Source: Moniliella sp. 'wahieum'
Lineage: Eukaryota
Length of the DNA stretch: 64,000 nt
Direction: 5' to 3'
Assembly: GCA_003971905.1 (NCBI GenBank)
Contig: RSEE01000033.1
Coordinates: 62,001-126,000, forward strand
The notes beneath the pieces are model-generated. The model ran no database searches. It was not told the origin of the DNA and saw nothing but the letters and a program-made list of their open reading frames with translations. The stretch's first letter is position 1. Each line of letters opens with the position of its first letter. Below are positions 39,080-52,824 of this stretch, one piece after another. Made by a program: the position numbers and the translations under genes.

Positions 39080-41312
39080 ATGCTTTCACCACAACGTGCG
39101 CATCATCCAGCGTGCGAGATTGCTCTCCACGTGGCGAGCGAGGATGTGTAGTACGCCCTCCTCCTCTCCGGGCACGCCAACCAGTGCGGACCAAACCCTC
39201 AGTGGGCTGGTGGAGCTGCTGTGTCCAACAGATCGGTCGATTGAGTCGGTCAAGGTGTCGCTTCAGGGGCTGCAGACCCTACATTTCCCTGATACGACCG
39301 TTCCATCGGGGTACGGTGCGAAGAGAAAGTTGTTTTCAAACCGGACGCTGCACCTTATCGATCATTCCCTCCATCCTGTCCCACACGACCATCAGTCCCC
39401 CCCGGCGCCTACCGCCGTGGCGGCCCCAGGCGAGGGCGATGCGCTCGATGCGGCGTCTCTTGTTTCTAGCTTGAGCGAAGAAGGAGCCCCCGACCCACCC
39501 CCTGAATTCGCTCCTGACATGACACATGCCAAGGCTGTAAGCGTCACTCGAGAGCCGCTCCAACTGACAGCTGGTGTGCACGGGTAGGTGCCTCGCGTCG
39601 ATGTTGCGAGGAGAACATGTTGTCCACTAACCGAAATGTTGTGCGCTATTCTAGGTTTGAATATGCCTTCATCATTCCCGCTACCACGGCGGCCTCCTGT
39701 GCATCGACTCGGAACGCGTCCCTGCGGTACGTTTTGACCGCCACTGCGGCGGTGCCGGGCGAGAAAGCAAAGGGGACGTTTCTACCTGGAAGGAAGTGTT
39801 CATCATTGCTCAAGTCCAACCCGATGGTGGACCTACGCCGCTGGAATTGCAGTATGCCGACTACCACGATGCATTGGGTCTCCTCTCTCTTTCCCTCTTC
39901 TGCCTCGCTCACCGTCGGTGGCGCCGTGGCGGTAGAGGTGCACCATCCCGACCCACCGCCTGGCGTGGCGGTACATACGATTCGCATCTACCTGGAACAA
40001 ACCATTGAACTCTTTAGTTCGCACCGGCAAGCGTGGCTCAAGCTCCCGACGGAGAAACTGCGACTGTGGGAGAAAGGATGCCAGCCGTACTCGGCGCGTC
40101 GACCGGACGATGTGATGCCCAAGGATACGGTTTGGTTTGCGCAAGCGACGAGGAGGGCGTGCCTACATCCGGACGGCCCGGCCGGGGAGCCGGAGCGGGA
40201 CGGCCGAGCCTGAGCCCGTTTGGTCCTACCCTGGATGGGACATTTGCTTACCACAGTGTTGCCGGCCCGCCGCAACAACCCTCGAGCCAAGCCAATGGCT
40301 ATTCGCTCAACTCGATTCTTCGTCTGCCGGACCACCGAGCGATGCGGCCGAGCACGGTGCGCGGGTCCAAGACGGACATTCGGGTGTCGCATCAGATTGG
40401 CATGGAAGTGTTCTTTTCCCGGCTCGGCGTGCTGGACACGGGACGGACGAGCGAGACGGCGGGCTTGCCCAAAGTACAAGTGTTTTCCATGCACCGTTCC
40501 ATCTCGATTCCTTCCTGTGCCTGCACCCACGACACCATCCACCTCCCGCCCTATACTCTTGAGCCGCCACCGCAATCTCGCCCCAGCTCACGCAGGAGCA
40601 GCTTGTCGCCCACCACACGGCCCATTTCCACCGTTTCACCCCCCTCGCCCCTCCTTACGCCCGAGAGGGAAGCGCGGCCGTCGTTGCGGTCCAGCCTGGC
40701 CAGCCTCAAATCTGGTCACCGTTCCCGCCAAGCTTCCCCCGAGCGCACGGGCACGAGCACTGCTACGCCCCCACGTCCAACCCCATTGCCAAGGCCAAGT
40801 CGAGCCAAAACCTGCGACGCAAGTTTCAAGACGGCACGCGTTCCCCGCCGAAACGGCCAACGCTGCGCACCTTCCACTCATTTACCACGCCACGCTCGGT
40901 CTTGGGGAAACTTGCGCCCACCTCGGTGCCGAAGAGTGAGACGAGTTCGCCTGAAGCGGGCGCGGGCGTGGCTGTGGCCCGACCGCGACCCGCTGCGCCG
41001 CCTGTCCAACCGGATTGGGCACTGCCTTCGCCCTACTTTGGCGAGACGCATACGTCGTATGCGCATTGTACGTGCGGTAGGGGTTTGGACGAATTGGCCG
41101 AAGGCGAACAACGCTTGTTGGACGGCGTGCCTACCGCCCCGGGCGTCTGGCTCGACGTGCATGAGCCAAGTGAAGCGCCGCCGCCGTGGCGGCCACCGAG
41201 TGAGGACCGTCGTGTGCCCCTGTTTTTCGATCGAGGGTATGGTGAATCGGCCAAGGGGGGAGGACTTCCCCTGTGCGTTGCTCAGAGTACGGACCCCATT
41301 CTTTCTTCGTAG
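39080..41312 (+). CDS. Arrestin-like (alpha-arrestin-related) protein; frameshifted
   Basis: DQTLSGLVELLCPTDRSIESVKVSLQGLQT, LTAGVHG / FEYAFIIP (intron ~39583-39654), YVLTATA, LRLPDHRAMRPSTVRGSKTDIRVSH, LPPY. Confidence 0.7.
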
Positions 41313-41916
41313 GGAGGCGGAATGGAGGATCATCGATCATGACTCATGGATCGATCCCTTTGATGGATCGTAATCCCTCCCTCTCCCCTTCCGGATGCTG
41401 CCTTTCCCTAGTCTACGTCCCCGTGGACCTTTTATTTTTGCTCGCTACTTCCATCTCATAACCCACCCACTTGTTGCTCGTCGTCGCTGGTTCGACCTTC
41501 CTCCCACCATCTTGGACATTTCATTGATACCTACTACTACTGCATACTTCTGCCCGCCTCACTCTCGCTTTTCTGCCTAGTAGTAACCACAGCGCGAGTA
41601 AGGCCACTCTCTCTTAATCTAATGAAATCGGTTGCGTTCCCCAACTGCTTGACGAAGGCCATCGAGTAGAACTTTCCAACACGGTCAACGACCACATCCA
41701 GCTCGCACTGATGACAGGCTTGATGAATATATTGTCGATGACACTGGACAGGGAAAATGGGGAAGGTCGGAGGGGGGAGAGAGGGGGGAAAGGAGAGGAA
41801 AGGGGAGCGGAGGCGGCTCGTCGGTTAGGAAGAGGGGCGGAGGGAGGTAACGTGCCCCGAAATACGATTGTCCAAGAATCCTTCTCATCCATGCTCATTT
41901 CAACTCATTCGGGGAC

Positions 41917-43734
41917 TCAGGGCCGTCGGCGCTTGGGAGCAAATGCGGCTGCGCGGCTTGTCTTGCTAGCAGAGGAACTCATCAGGGCCATTGCGTTGAG
42001 TCGTTGGGGCGGGGCGGAAGCTGGTGTGCCGGATGCGGATGGGCCGGCGGCGTCGGCCGGGGTCTGGGCGAGATGGGCAGCAACGTTAAAGTAGGGCGAG
42101 GTGGAGGTGGCTTTATTTTTCGGGTCAAAGGGGGAGATGCGATCTACGCCCTTGGTGTTCCCGTACCCACTCCCGTTGTTTTCCGCGGCCAACTTGGCCT
42201 GGACAAGGTGCAACGGAGCCAGCGCATCTTCCATCGCGTCGTGCCCGGCCGTCGTGTCGACCTGGATCAGGCGGCCGAGGTGTTGGGCGACCAAATCCCG
42301 TAGACTCTGTCGTAACGGTGGCCCGCGCGGATGCGGAAGAGCATGGCGGTATCCACAATGTAAGGGTGGACGATCCGCAAGGCACTCAAATCGTTCTCAA
42401 GCCCATGACCAACGAGAATGGTATCGCGGTGCATCAGTGCCAGCAGGCGGTCGCGCGCCTCGGCAAAACTCACCACCTCCCTCCCTTGCTCGGCTGCCGT
42501 GGCAAAGGTAGCCGGCGACAAGCCGGAAAAGCGCGTGTTGTAATCAATCATCTCGGCCGCCGGCTTGACCAGCACATTGGCAATCGTCTTGCCCTCCGAG
42601 GAGAGAATGGCCAGTTGAGTCAAGCTCTTGCCCGCCGTCGTGTAGCACAACTCACAGTCGAGGGAAAGCACATCGTGTGCCTCGGTCCGCGCCGCTGCCG
42701 CTGGGAGCGTGGAGGCAGTCTCGACGAAAGCGATGCGCTGGTGCAACTTTTCTGGCTCTTCTTCCCGAAACACATGCAACGGGGCGGAACAGCAGGCGCG
42801 GTCGCCCGACGACCATGACGGACCCCGTCGGCGTCAGCTCCGCCCCGCAGCACGTCCAGCGCCATACCTTGCGCTGCCGACCCACCGTCGCATCGGGTCG
42901 CTTGCGCCCATGATGAAACCGGCAGGGGGGGTACGCATCCGTCTCGTCGCCATTGGCCGCCTGAGCAGCGGCAGACATCGACAGCACAGAAAAGGAAGCG
43001 GCACAGCGGTCGCATGTCTTGATCTCGCCCTCGGACGTGGGCGTGGACCCTCCAGGGCCCCACTCGGGCGGGATGGACGTGATATATCGCCACCGATGCA
43101 GCAGCGTGGCTGGACACACGTAATGCGCAGTGCGGAGAGCGTCCGCGGTGATGCGGCCTCGCAAGGCGCGCGCGGCAGCCGCACGCTTGGTCCGCACCGC
43201 CTGCTGGGTTCCCGTCTCGGGGCACTGTTGAAGCACGCGGCGGGCCTGGGCGTAATCGGGCTCCTGCCCCTCGGCAGCGGGGGGGGCAAGGAGAGCCAAG
43301 GCTCGTCGGCGGCGGCGGGCGGGGGGCGCGGGGGCGGCGAGTGAGGGCGACGCGGGCGACGTGGGTGGCGGTGGTGTAGCCGCGCTGGGAGCTGGAGGCG
43401 CTTCGGAAGGTTTCGAGCTCCTGGGCGAGCGCGTCGTGCGGGCCAAGGCCTTGGCGAGGGGGGCGAGGGAAGGGTGGGCACGAGGACGCTGTACAGGGCA
43501 AGGAACTCGGCGTAGAGCTTGTTGAGCGCCATCTGCCGCTGGGGAGCGGGACGGCGCTGGCGCGCGGATGGTCATTGGCAGCGATGCGCGGCGCGCCGGG
43601 CGGCGGCGGCTGGGCGCGCGTGGGCGGCGGCGGCAGCGGCGTGGGATGCATGCGCTTCTGCATGGCCGGCGGGTGCTCGATGGCGAGGCGCGTCCGCTTC
43701 GTCTGGCGGCGCTCGCGGCCGCCGCTCGAGCCAT
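41917..43734 (-). CDS. DEDDh RNA exonuclease, Rex3/REXO1-like; frameshifted
   Basis: CDRC..F, CRFHHGR, WTCCG, LSLDCELCYT, IDYNTRFSGL, ILVGHGLENDLSALRIVH, VDTAMLF, GHDAMEDA. Confidence 0.9.
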
Positions 43735-45561
43735 ACTATTCCCGAGCAAAAAATGCCGCGCACGTGACCTGGATGCGTCACCGCGTCACCCTCTCTCCAT
43801 TCCGCCTTCCGCCCTGGGGGCATTCAACGTTCAGCCGACGACACAGGCCAGCCTCCTCCGGTGTGCTTTGCCCTCCACCCGCCCGCCCTCTCTCCTGGGC
43901 GAACCTCGCTTGCCAAGAACCCCCACCGCCATCCAGTCTCTTCTGCACAGAATGCACATGTGAGCCTTGGGCCTAGGGCCTTGGCCTCCTCTCGTCCCCG
44001 CGTCCCTCCTCTCTCTTGGCCTGTCTAGTCTTCAAGTCTACCAGAAGGTAATGATGGATGAATGTGATGGCCGTACTATACGTTTCCTCCCCCGTTCTGG
44101 ATTGGATCCAATTGTTGGCCTTTGACCGATTTGACTGGGCTTGAAGAGCTTGACCCTTGAAGCTGGCGGTTGGCCCTGGTGCGCTATTAGCAGCCCATTA
44201 CGCGCTAGGCAGATACAGGAAGGACACGCGTTGCGACACGGTTGCGAGTTGCGACTACTGATGCAGGGTGTGTGTGATACATGTGATGTACATGCCCAGA
44301 AACGGCTGTTCGCTGTGCCCATCCTATTGAACGTACCCGGGTCCCCATACATCGAAGACGTATGACGTAGGGAAAGAGGTAGCCCCCCCCTTGCCCACGC
44401 TGAGGCAGCTTGCCCTCTCAACGATCTCTGCGCTTCAGCACAGCGCTCAGTCTGCGCAGGCCTGCACCCCGCCATGCTGCCAGCCCAACAATGCGGGTAG
44501 GGAGATGCTTGGAGAAACCCACTAGGCCCTGCGTCAGCGTCTCTGTGCCTCAGCGCGCCCCAGCGCCCCAGCGTGTGCTGCGCTTTTTGCGCATCTGCCA
44601 AGGTTAAACGTACTGAACGTTGAGCCTTTGCGCTGCGTTTTACCAGCTGCACATGCTTTCCTGTTGGAGCTAATAGCTAACCGGCGTCGCAACAGGCCGT
44701 CGTGTGTCGTCGTCGCTGTTGCGCACAAGGGAAAGACGAGGAGGGGGAGACGGAGTGCCAGCCTGGGTCGAAGGCGAGAGGCGCGGTGGGTGAGTGCAGG
44801 TTAATCGATAGGGATGCGCTGGGAAGGCCAGCGGCGTAGGGAGCAGCGATTCGCGCCTGGCTGCGTCCCCCCAATTCGACGGGACCGGGGCAGTGTGGGC
44901 GACGCAGCTCGATCAGCCGGACAAGCAGGCTGCGCACTGCCCCCGGGCGGGTGTGCGAGGCCGATCGGCGCCCGCACGGCGGCTGTGTGGGCTGTGCGTG
45001 GGGGCGGGTGCCGGCGTGGAGGCATCACCCATCGCGCAGCCATGCGTGCGGGCTGATCGATCGCCACGCTCGTCCCGCCAGCGCCGGCGGAGGCAGGCGT
45101 GGGCTTGAGCAGTGCTGGGCGGGCGTAGGCAGGGCAGCCGTGGGCATGCCTGGGGGATTCAGTAACATATGCTGCCCATGCTCAGCGCTCAGGCTCAGCG
45201 GCCCAGCGCCATCCCACATCGCACACTAACAGATCGCACATCGCCCCCCCCGCCTCCCCTCCACCGCCACCGCCCCCGCCTCGTCACCTCCGCCAGCTGC
45301 CCTCCCCCCGCTGCCCCCGCGCCCCCCCCCCCCCCCCCCCCCACCCCCCCCCCCCCCTGGCCCCATCGTCCCCCCGTCTGGGCCGGTCGCCGATACCGCC
45401 ACGGCTCTCCCGCCCCTGCCCAGGCCGGTGCTCGCAGCTGCAGCTGCCCGACGGCCAACGGCGGCTGCCGTCGGTCCTCGGCACATGCACTTCCCTCCCC
45501 CGGTCCAAAACGAAAGAGCGTGTCCAGGCGTCGCGGCCCGCGCTGCCGCCCCTCTGGCTCG

Positions 45562-46282
45562 ATGGCTGTTGGTCTGCCCGCACGCTGGGCCGGGCTAGCA
45601 GGCCTTGGCCTCTCCCTGGCCGTCGGCATGGGCCTTCCCTGCTCGGGTCCGGGTTGGACAACAATGTGACGTCGATTGAAGGGACTTGGAGTTCCGGCTC
45701 AGGTGCTGTGAGCACTGGATTGGTACGTCCCCGCCCCTGCCGAAAGCGTGGCTGAGGGAGCATGCGACCTGACCCCAACCCCCTGTTCCCCCGTCTGTAG
45801 AGCTTTTCAACCCGATGACGTTCGAGTTTGCCGTGCCACCGTCCGGGGGGATTAGCTACAGTTTTACCGACGACGGCTTTTGGGAGCAGAGCAAGTACAT
45901 CTTTGCCAACGATCCTACCTACAACCGGTGTGTGAACGCGACGCTTCTCTGGCAGCATGGCACCTACACCTTCAACGCCAATGGATCTCTCTCCCTCCGT
46001 CCGTTCCCATCAGACGGGCATGTGCTCACAGTGGACATGTGCGGTGGGCAGACGGTGCAAGAGGACTGGTACAACCAGTTTGAACTAATTCCCGAGTGGT
46101 ACATTTACCTCGAGTCGAGCATGGGCTTTAGCACCCCGGACGAGTCGGCGTATGCGCTACAAATGTACCAAGACGGCGGGGAGGGGCAGACGGGTACCGC
46201 GATGCCGCCTCTCTTCCTCCAAGCTCGACCGCCCGTCATGCTGCCCATACAGCAACTGCACGAACCTGTGCTCAACGGCTAG
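45562..46282 (+). CDS. ROT1: ER chaperone Rot1
   Basis: Signal-like N-terminus, NVTSIEGTWSSGSGAVSTG, intron 45723-45800, GISYSFTDDGFWEQ, LLWQHGTY, NGSLSLRPFPSDG, PPVMLP. Confidence 0.88.
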
Positions 46283-48130
46283 CCCCCCTCGTGCCAATCT
46301 GTATGGATTGTATGGGGAAGAGAGGGGTAGGGCTCCCTCTCCTTCCTCCTTGGTCGCGTGCCGTACTTTTCTTCTACGTGCCCTCCTATTTGCGTCTCTT
46401 GTTCTATTGTAGGTACGGTTCGGTTTGTCGGCAGTATCGGGCTTCCTGTCCCGGCCATGACTCCCCTCTCCCCCCTCGTCTCATAACCATGTGCATACCT
46501 GCCCCGCTCTCCCCTCTCCCCTCCCCTTGTCCCCCCGTTCCCACCACCGCACGGTGGGGCCGTTAAAGCTCTCGGGCTAATCCACTTTGACTCTCCACCA
46601 CAGTCAGTCCCATCGCTGGCTCTCTTTTCCCTCCTCTTCTCTCCCCTCCTCCTTTCCCCTTTTCCCCTTTCCATCCCCCCTCCCCTCGATGCAACGAGCA
46701 ACCCCCCTGGCTCTCGCCTCCTATGTCCTCCTGCGTCTAGTCGAACGGTAAACGTTAATCGTTTAGGTGAGCCCGGTATGGTTGGAATGGGTTGGGCAGA
46801 CGGGCAGTGTGAGGCCTGAGCGCCGGTGACGCTGCCGCGTACCGTGTGACATTGTGACGCGCCAACCGAAGTGACGTAGGGGCGTAGAGGATCCAAAAAG
46901 GCGGCAGAGATCGACAGCCTCTGGGCCAGCAAAGTCTTGGCAAGTGGACGGCCTATACGCACGTCCAATTCAAACGCAATCTCGTCTGGATGCCAAACAC
47001 TAATGTCGATAAGTAAGGTCCAAGGTCCTCCGTAGGACCCAGCGTCTGGGCCGGGTTACCCGTCACCGTTACCGTTATAATGAACGTGAGTCCGTCGGGT
47101 GCATCTCGACGCACCCCCCTTGGTGCACCGCGTCATGGAGGATCCCCCTTCCCCCCACTATACTGTGTTACCCTCTGGTCATACCAGTCTCATTGCATAA
47201 CGCGATGCACTCTAACCTATCCCTCCAATCTGCAACCTACCGCCTATTGGGCGGAGTGGCTTCCACAGTCCCCATCTCCCATGAATTCTACCTGCCACTC
47301 AATTCAAAAGTTGGTTCAACACAGTCATCGCCATGCTCTTCCTGGCGCTCGCTGGATGGAGAGATCTACGGATGACGCAGAAAGAGGAACCTCAAATGGG
47401 CGCCGCGCGTGGGCTTCGTTGGGTGCCCGCCGATATCTCATTCTGGTAGCTTATCTCTCATGACTGTGACCTGGGACCCGATGGGAGCGATAGTGTTTCT
47501 GAAACGCGCCAGGACGTTTTCATCGCCATGCGTGGCATTCCTTTCCGTTACGCGTCTCCGTCTGATTAATGTCACTGGAACATCATTAACGACCTTCGTA
47601 CTGGCATACATTCCATAGTCGGTCGGCCCAGTGGAATGCCCTCAGGCCCTCTCGTGACCTTCAAAACAGCACTGGCGCAACGCACTCCTCTCCCTGTCTG
47701 ATATTGGACATATAGGACCGGCCGGTCAGGTGGTGATGGCCCAACCCCCCAACCTCCACGGAATCATCCTCACCGGTTCACCAATCTCTCAAACCAACGC
47801 CTTCTGAGTGGGACGTCAGCGCCGCTTCGCTCCACACTTAATTCGCGCCCGTGCATCAACATGCATCAACCCTTACCACCCCCAAGGATGTCTGACTTGT
47901 ACCCAATCTGCTTGGCTGCAAGGCAAAAACGAAGCTATGGGGAAGGCCTATGGCACGAAGCCGGGAAAAGGCCAAATATGCAATGCTACAGTATCTACCC
48001 TCCCACTGCATGCGCAGGAGAAGAGAGCGAGCACGACGGGTACAAAAAAGGCAAGACACGCCCAACAAAAATACACACACAAGCGCAAGTGAGCAAAGGA
48101 GCCCTACCCCGCACTCAACTCAAGGCCGTT

Positions 48131-50136
48131 CTAAGCCGCCGGCAGCCAATCGTTCAGCAACGCATACGCCTGGCGCGCCCGGTGCAAATTCTGCTCCCCC
48201 GCCGCATCAAACTGGCGCACCGACTCAAACAGTTCGCGCTGCGCCGGGTCCAACCCAGGGAGCAGCAGGTACTGTCGGCTGACCTCGAAGCTGAACAAGC
48301 CCTTTTCCAGATCGGTGAGGATGATGCGCGAGCTGCGCGTCACACTGCCCGTCGCATCTTCCTGCATCGTTGGGCTGCCGCCGGTTCCGGGCAGAGAGGA
48401 GGGGCGGGAGGGTCGAGGGCGATCGTGGGGAGAGGTACCGCCCGGAGGAGGGGGGCGCGAGTACGGGGGAGAAAAGGCGCGCGGAGCTAGGGACGGCAAG
48501 GGTGGGAGTACCGAGTGCTGTGATGGATCGGTAGAGGGGGAAGGGCGGTGGATGGGAGCAAACGGCCAAGGGGGCGAGACACGAGGGGCGAGGTGGTAGG
48601 AGGAAGGAGAACGGTAGTTGTATGCCCTAGGGTACGGGTACACGTCCCTTGCGACTGGGACCGAACCAGGGTGCGGGAGGAAGCGCTGCTCAAGTCTTGG
48701 GAGCGAGGTGCTGGAAGCAGAAGGGGCAGAGGCCAGGGGAGGGGGTCAAAGTACTCGGGGCCCAGGGTGTGGAGTAAAAGGTGGAGGGAAGGTCGGCGTC
48801 CGAGACGCTCAGAGTGCGAAGCCAAGGGTACCGCGCACGAGCCAGCCGGTTGCGTACTTGCGGGTTACGAATCTTGCCCCACGTCGTATCCGGATCGAGG
48901 CCCGGCGCGACTTGGAGACAGGCCGCGCCGTCGGACCACACAAACATGCGCTCGTTGGCCGACAGAAGTTTGTGCACCTGCGCTGCGTACCCCTTCAGCT
49001 TCTTGAGACGGTGCCGGGCCGAGTCACCGGCCTCGCGCTCCTCGCCGGCCGACAGCGAAGATCCAAATACCGAACGAACAATCCGGCGCCACACACTGCT
49101 CGTTGGGCGTGCGGACAGCTCGGTTGGCATCAGACCACGGTTCTCCATGTAACACTCCACCAGGGCCACATCGCGGTCGGTTGTCCAGGTGCGCTTGCCC
49201 TTGCCAAAGGCAGCGAGAGTGCCCGGCTTGGTCGGTTCGGGCGCCTCAAGAGACTTGTCGTCGTCCGAGTCGGACCGAGCCAGACTGTCGTGGCGAGGAC
49301 GCTTGGGCATAGGCTGCTCATCGTGTGTGTCACTTGGTGTCGTCGGCTCTTCCGCTGAAGAGGAGGAGGAATCGATAGGTTGGCCCGGCGAACGACGTTT
49401 GCGCGAAACTCCCGAAGAAGAAGGCGGAGAGGCGGCAAACAAAGTGGGCGTTCGCGCATGCTTCAAATCGGCCTCGTCGACATGTTGAACCAAGAGCGGG
49501 TACCAGGCAAAGACGCCGTCACGCACCCTGTTGCGCAACTTGACATTGCCAATCAGGGACCAAGCCCGGCGTCAGCGGGAGGGGCATGAGCAGGCACAAC
49601 GCGCGAAGTGTGGCGCTGCCATGTGAAGGTGCCAGAGGGATGGTGAAGTATGAGACGAATTTGGGCTGCATATTGGCGCAGACGCTTCAAGCGGTGGCGC
49701 GACGAGTCGCACATCTCACGCTCGTCCTCGTGCGAAAGCGCAGCAGGGGCGCTGGCAGAGAGCATGTCCTTGACAACTGCGGGCCAAAAGTTGCGTGCAG
49801 GCTAGCATAAAGAGGTGGTTAGACCGTGCCCGGGTAACAGGGATTGTTCCAAGCAAGAGACACATACTGGAGGGCCAGCGGTGGGAGGGTTGCTGTGACG
49901 GTAAAACGCACGGACAAGGGCCATGTCCATCTCAGCAGTCCAGGCCCGGCCTGGAGTGCGCCATGAGCCGGGGATTGGCGCTGGCGGGGCGGGGGGCATC
50001 ATACAGTCAAATTGTGGGGGGGGCGGGATGAGGGAGGCGGGCACGAGCAAGGGGAGCATGGGCGTAGGGAGGCATGCGGTGGTACAGATGCGTGGGCGGG
50101 GGCAAAGGCGTAGGCAGCATGCGGGGCAGCAGACAT
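48131..50136 (-). CDS. Protein with two tandem Myb/SANT-like domains; frameshifted
   Basis: Unit 1: RAWTAEMDMALV..W.AVV..SRHRLKRLRQYAAQIRLIL..FTW. Unit 2: RTWTTDRDVALV..WRRIV..ARHRLKKLKGYAAQVHKLL..FVW..YPW. Pro-rich linkers. Confidence 0.7.
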
Positions 50137-52339
50137 GGTGGGCGTTGGTGCTCCTCCGCGCGAGGGGAAGAGGGGGGGAGGGGAGAAGCAGAGGGGGCAG
50201 ATGGTGGGGGGCGCACGGAAACGGCGGCTGGGACGGGGGGCAGCATACGGGGGCAGGCAGGCGGTGGGCAGCTGCGGCGTGGTGCTGCTAATATTACCGC
50301 GCCGCCAAGCACGCAGCGACTGGCTCCCTTGGCTTGAAGCGTCAGGCGTGAAGCGTCTCCGCCCCCCTCGCCGGACCCAGGCACCCACACTGCCCCCCTG
50401 CAGCCACCGAACGCCCTCTTTGGCGAGCACGCGCCTTAGTGTCCCCCTGCCTGGCCAGCAGGGACGCACGGCGCCAGTGCTGGGGCGCTCTTGGCACTCC
50501 GGGCAGCCAGCACCTGCTCAGTGCTGACGCTGACTGAGCTCGGCGCTCGGCGCTGACATGTGACCTGTGACCTGTGACAGCCCGAAGCGATGCATGGGGG
50601 CGGGCTGGCTGGGGCTGGCCACTGGCCAAGAGCGAGCCGCTCGCGGATGCACGCCCCTTGCTGCATCACATGTCACACTCAGGCGCCAAGCTGCACTCCC
50701 TCTCGCTCGCGCCTGGGCGCGGGACCGCACAGTGGCCAGGTGCGCGCGCCGTGAGGCCAATTCCGCCCCCCTCGAGCCCAGCTGGGACTAGACCAGTGTC
50801 GCTGTGCGCTGCAGTGGCCGCCACCGACTGGCTCGCCCGCAGCTGCGCTTCTATGGGGGCGCTCGCGGTGGGGCACTGGTGTGGCGCCCACGCCCATTGA
50901 GCTCGGCGCCTTGGCACGCCGGCTGGCAGCAGCACATGAGAGGCAGGCACAGTACCCTCGCCGCCGCATTCTCACACTGCCCCCGCGCACTCATCTCGCC
51001 CCCGAGCTTGTCGTTCGGGCAGGCGCCTCACATGCCACATGTCACCGGGCGCCGTACCTCAAAAGCGCTGCTGCCTGGTGCCTGCACCGCCTGGCCGTCT
51101 GTCCGATCGCCGAAATCTCTCAATCCTCCTTTGCCCATACTCACTTCGATCCCCGATGCCAAGCCAATCGATAACCATTAAATATTAATCGGATTAATCA
51201 GTACCCTGGCGATCACCAATCACCAATCACCAATCAGTTTACATCGCTCCTTGTCAAGCACGTCAATACTAGTCACTCGTCCGCATCTACTGTGTATACT
51301 GCTTGCTCATCATACTCAGTACGCATCGAACTCATCCTCGACATCAGCACCATCTCGGCCACCTCCGCTACTTCGATGCAGGCGTTCGGCGCACTCAGCC
51401 AATCCAAGCCTCTCCAGATCAAGCAACTCCACAGTCGCCATTCTATGTCATGGCCCCTGGGTCTGGCATTGGCCTGCTGAGCACTCATGCGCGCATATCC
51501 CGTACTTCCCTCTGTGCTTAACAGTCGACACTCGCACACAGACCGCATGGGGGCGGTCCCATGTGGCATGTGAGGCTGAGGGGCTGAGCGACTGAGCGAC
51601 TCTCGCGCCTCAGCTCTAGAGAAGCATAAGATCTAAGAGTAGCTCTGCCAAGCCCCAAGCCCCCAACTCTGCCGGCGAGCTCTCGCACGCTCTCGCTCTC
51701 CCAAATCAGATGCTGGACATTTTCCTTCGATTGGAGATTCTTGATTCAATGTTCAAGAACGGCCCAAACTTACTTGGCGTTCAAGCTTCAAGCTTCAAGC
51801 TTCAAGAGCTCCAGGGCCAAAACCTGTCCTGACCTGTCCTGGCCTGCTCCATATCCCCTTCTCTTTCTCTCTTCGCCCAAGGGCTGACGTTGATGTACAG
51901 CCTGAGCGATGCAACGGCCTGGAATGACTAATTACGGGTTACGGCGCTTACATTTGTAGTACTGCTTCAAACATCAAGCTTCAAGCTTCAAGCTTCACCC
52001 GCACCCCCCTGTCTTTGAGGGAGATATGATCCTTTGAGACCAACGCCGGTCAGATTATTATCTCAACTCTCAACAGATCTCAACTCAGAGAGGGCCACCG
52101 ATACTCCAATAGCATACTGACCTTCTTCTATACATGCAGCGCCATGCCGGCTTTCCCTTCTACTGGCCTGACTAGAGCTGCCTGTCACTGTTGGATATAA
52201 CTGTGTCCGTTGGGGACGTTGGGGGGAACATAATAAAAGCTACAGAAGGATCCTTATACAGATACCGTTATGGCCAGACCACTTCACCATCCGGGCTGTT
52301 GTATGTGAGTGCCTGTGTGTCGGCAAAAAGCACAGTGAG

Positions 52340-52700
52340 TTGTCCAGAGAGCTGTTGATGTCCGTCCTCAAGCAGCAGGCTCTTCTCTTTCTGAACTCGA
52401 TCGTGCACCCACCTGGCACTTGCTGTAGCGCCATCAATGAAGCACACAAGGCAAGCGCATTCCGTCAGCGTCTTGACTTAAAGCGTCTACTGCGTCTTTC
52501 ACCTTTTCTGGGTGGAACTCTCGGAGGAGAAACCAAACGAAATGTGGCTCTCCTTCCGCCCTCAGCTCTCGCCACAGTTTCACCTATACTTTACAATAGT
52601 CTTCGCCCCTACGCCGCCGTCATCCCGGTCATCAACTATTTCCGCTTGTCCCTGATCCCGATCCCAGATTAGCGTCTACGGAACCGTTATTGAGTCCAGA
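52340..52700 (+). mobile_element. Possible 3' remnant of a CRE-like element directly upstream of tRNA-Arg
   Basis: INEAHK..LSPFLGGTLGGET resembles the E..K..KY..F.P..GG.LG..T C-terminus of RLE elements; lower GC than flanking genes. Confidence 0.3.
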
Positions 52701-52824
52701 AGTTAGGGAGGTCATGAGCGACTTGGCATATGATAGGTCTTTAGGGGTGTGCTGTGCCCGCCATGAATAGTACGGTAACTTATTCCGTGTCGCTGAAAAG
52801 ATTGAAATTGCTTGTTTCTAACAA

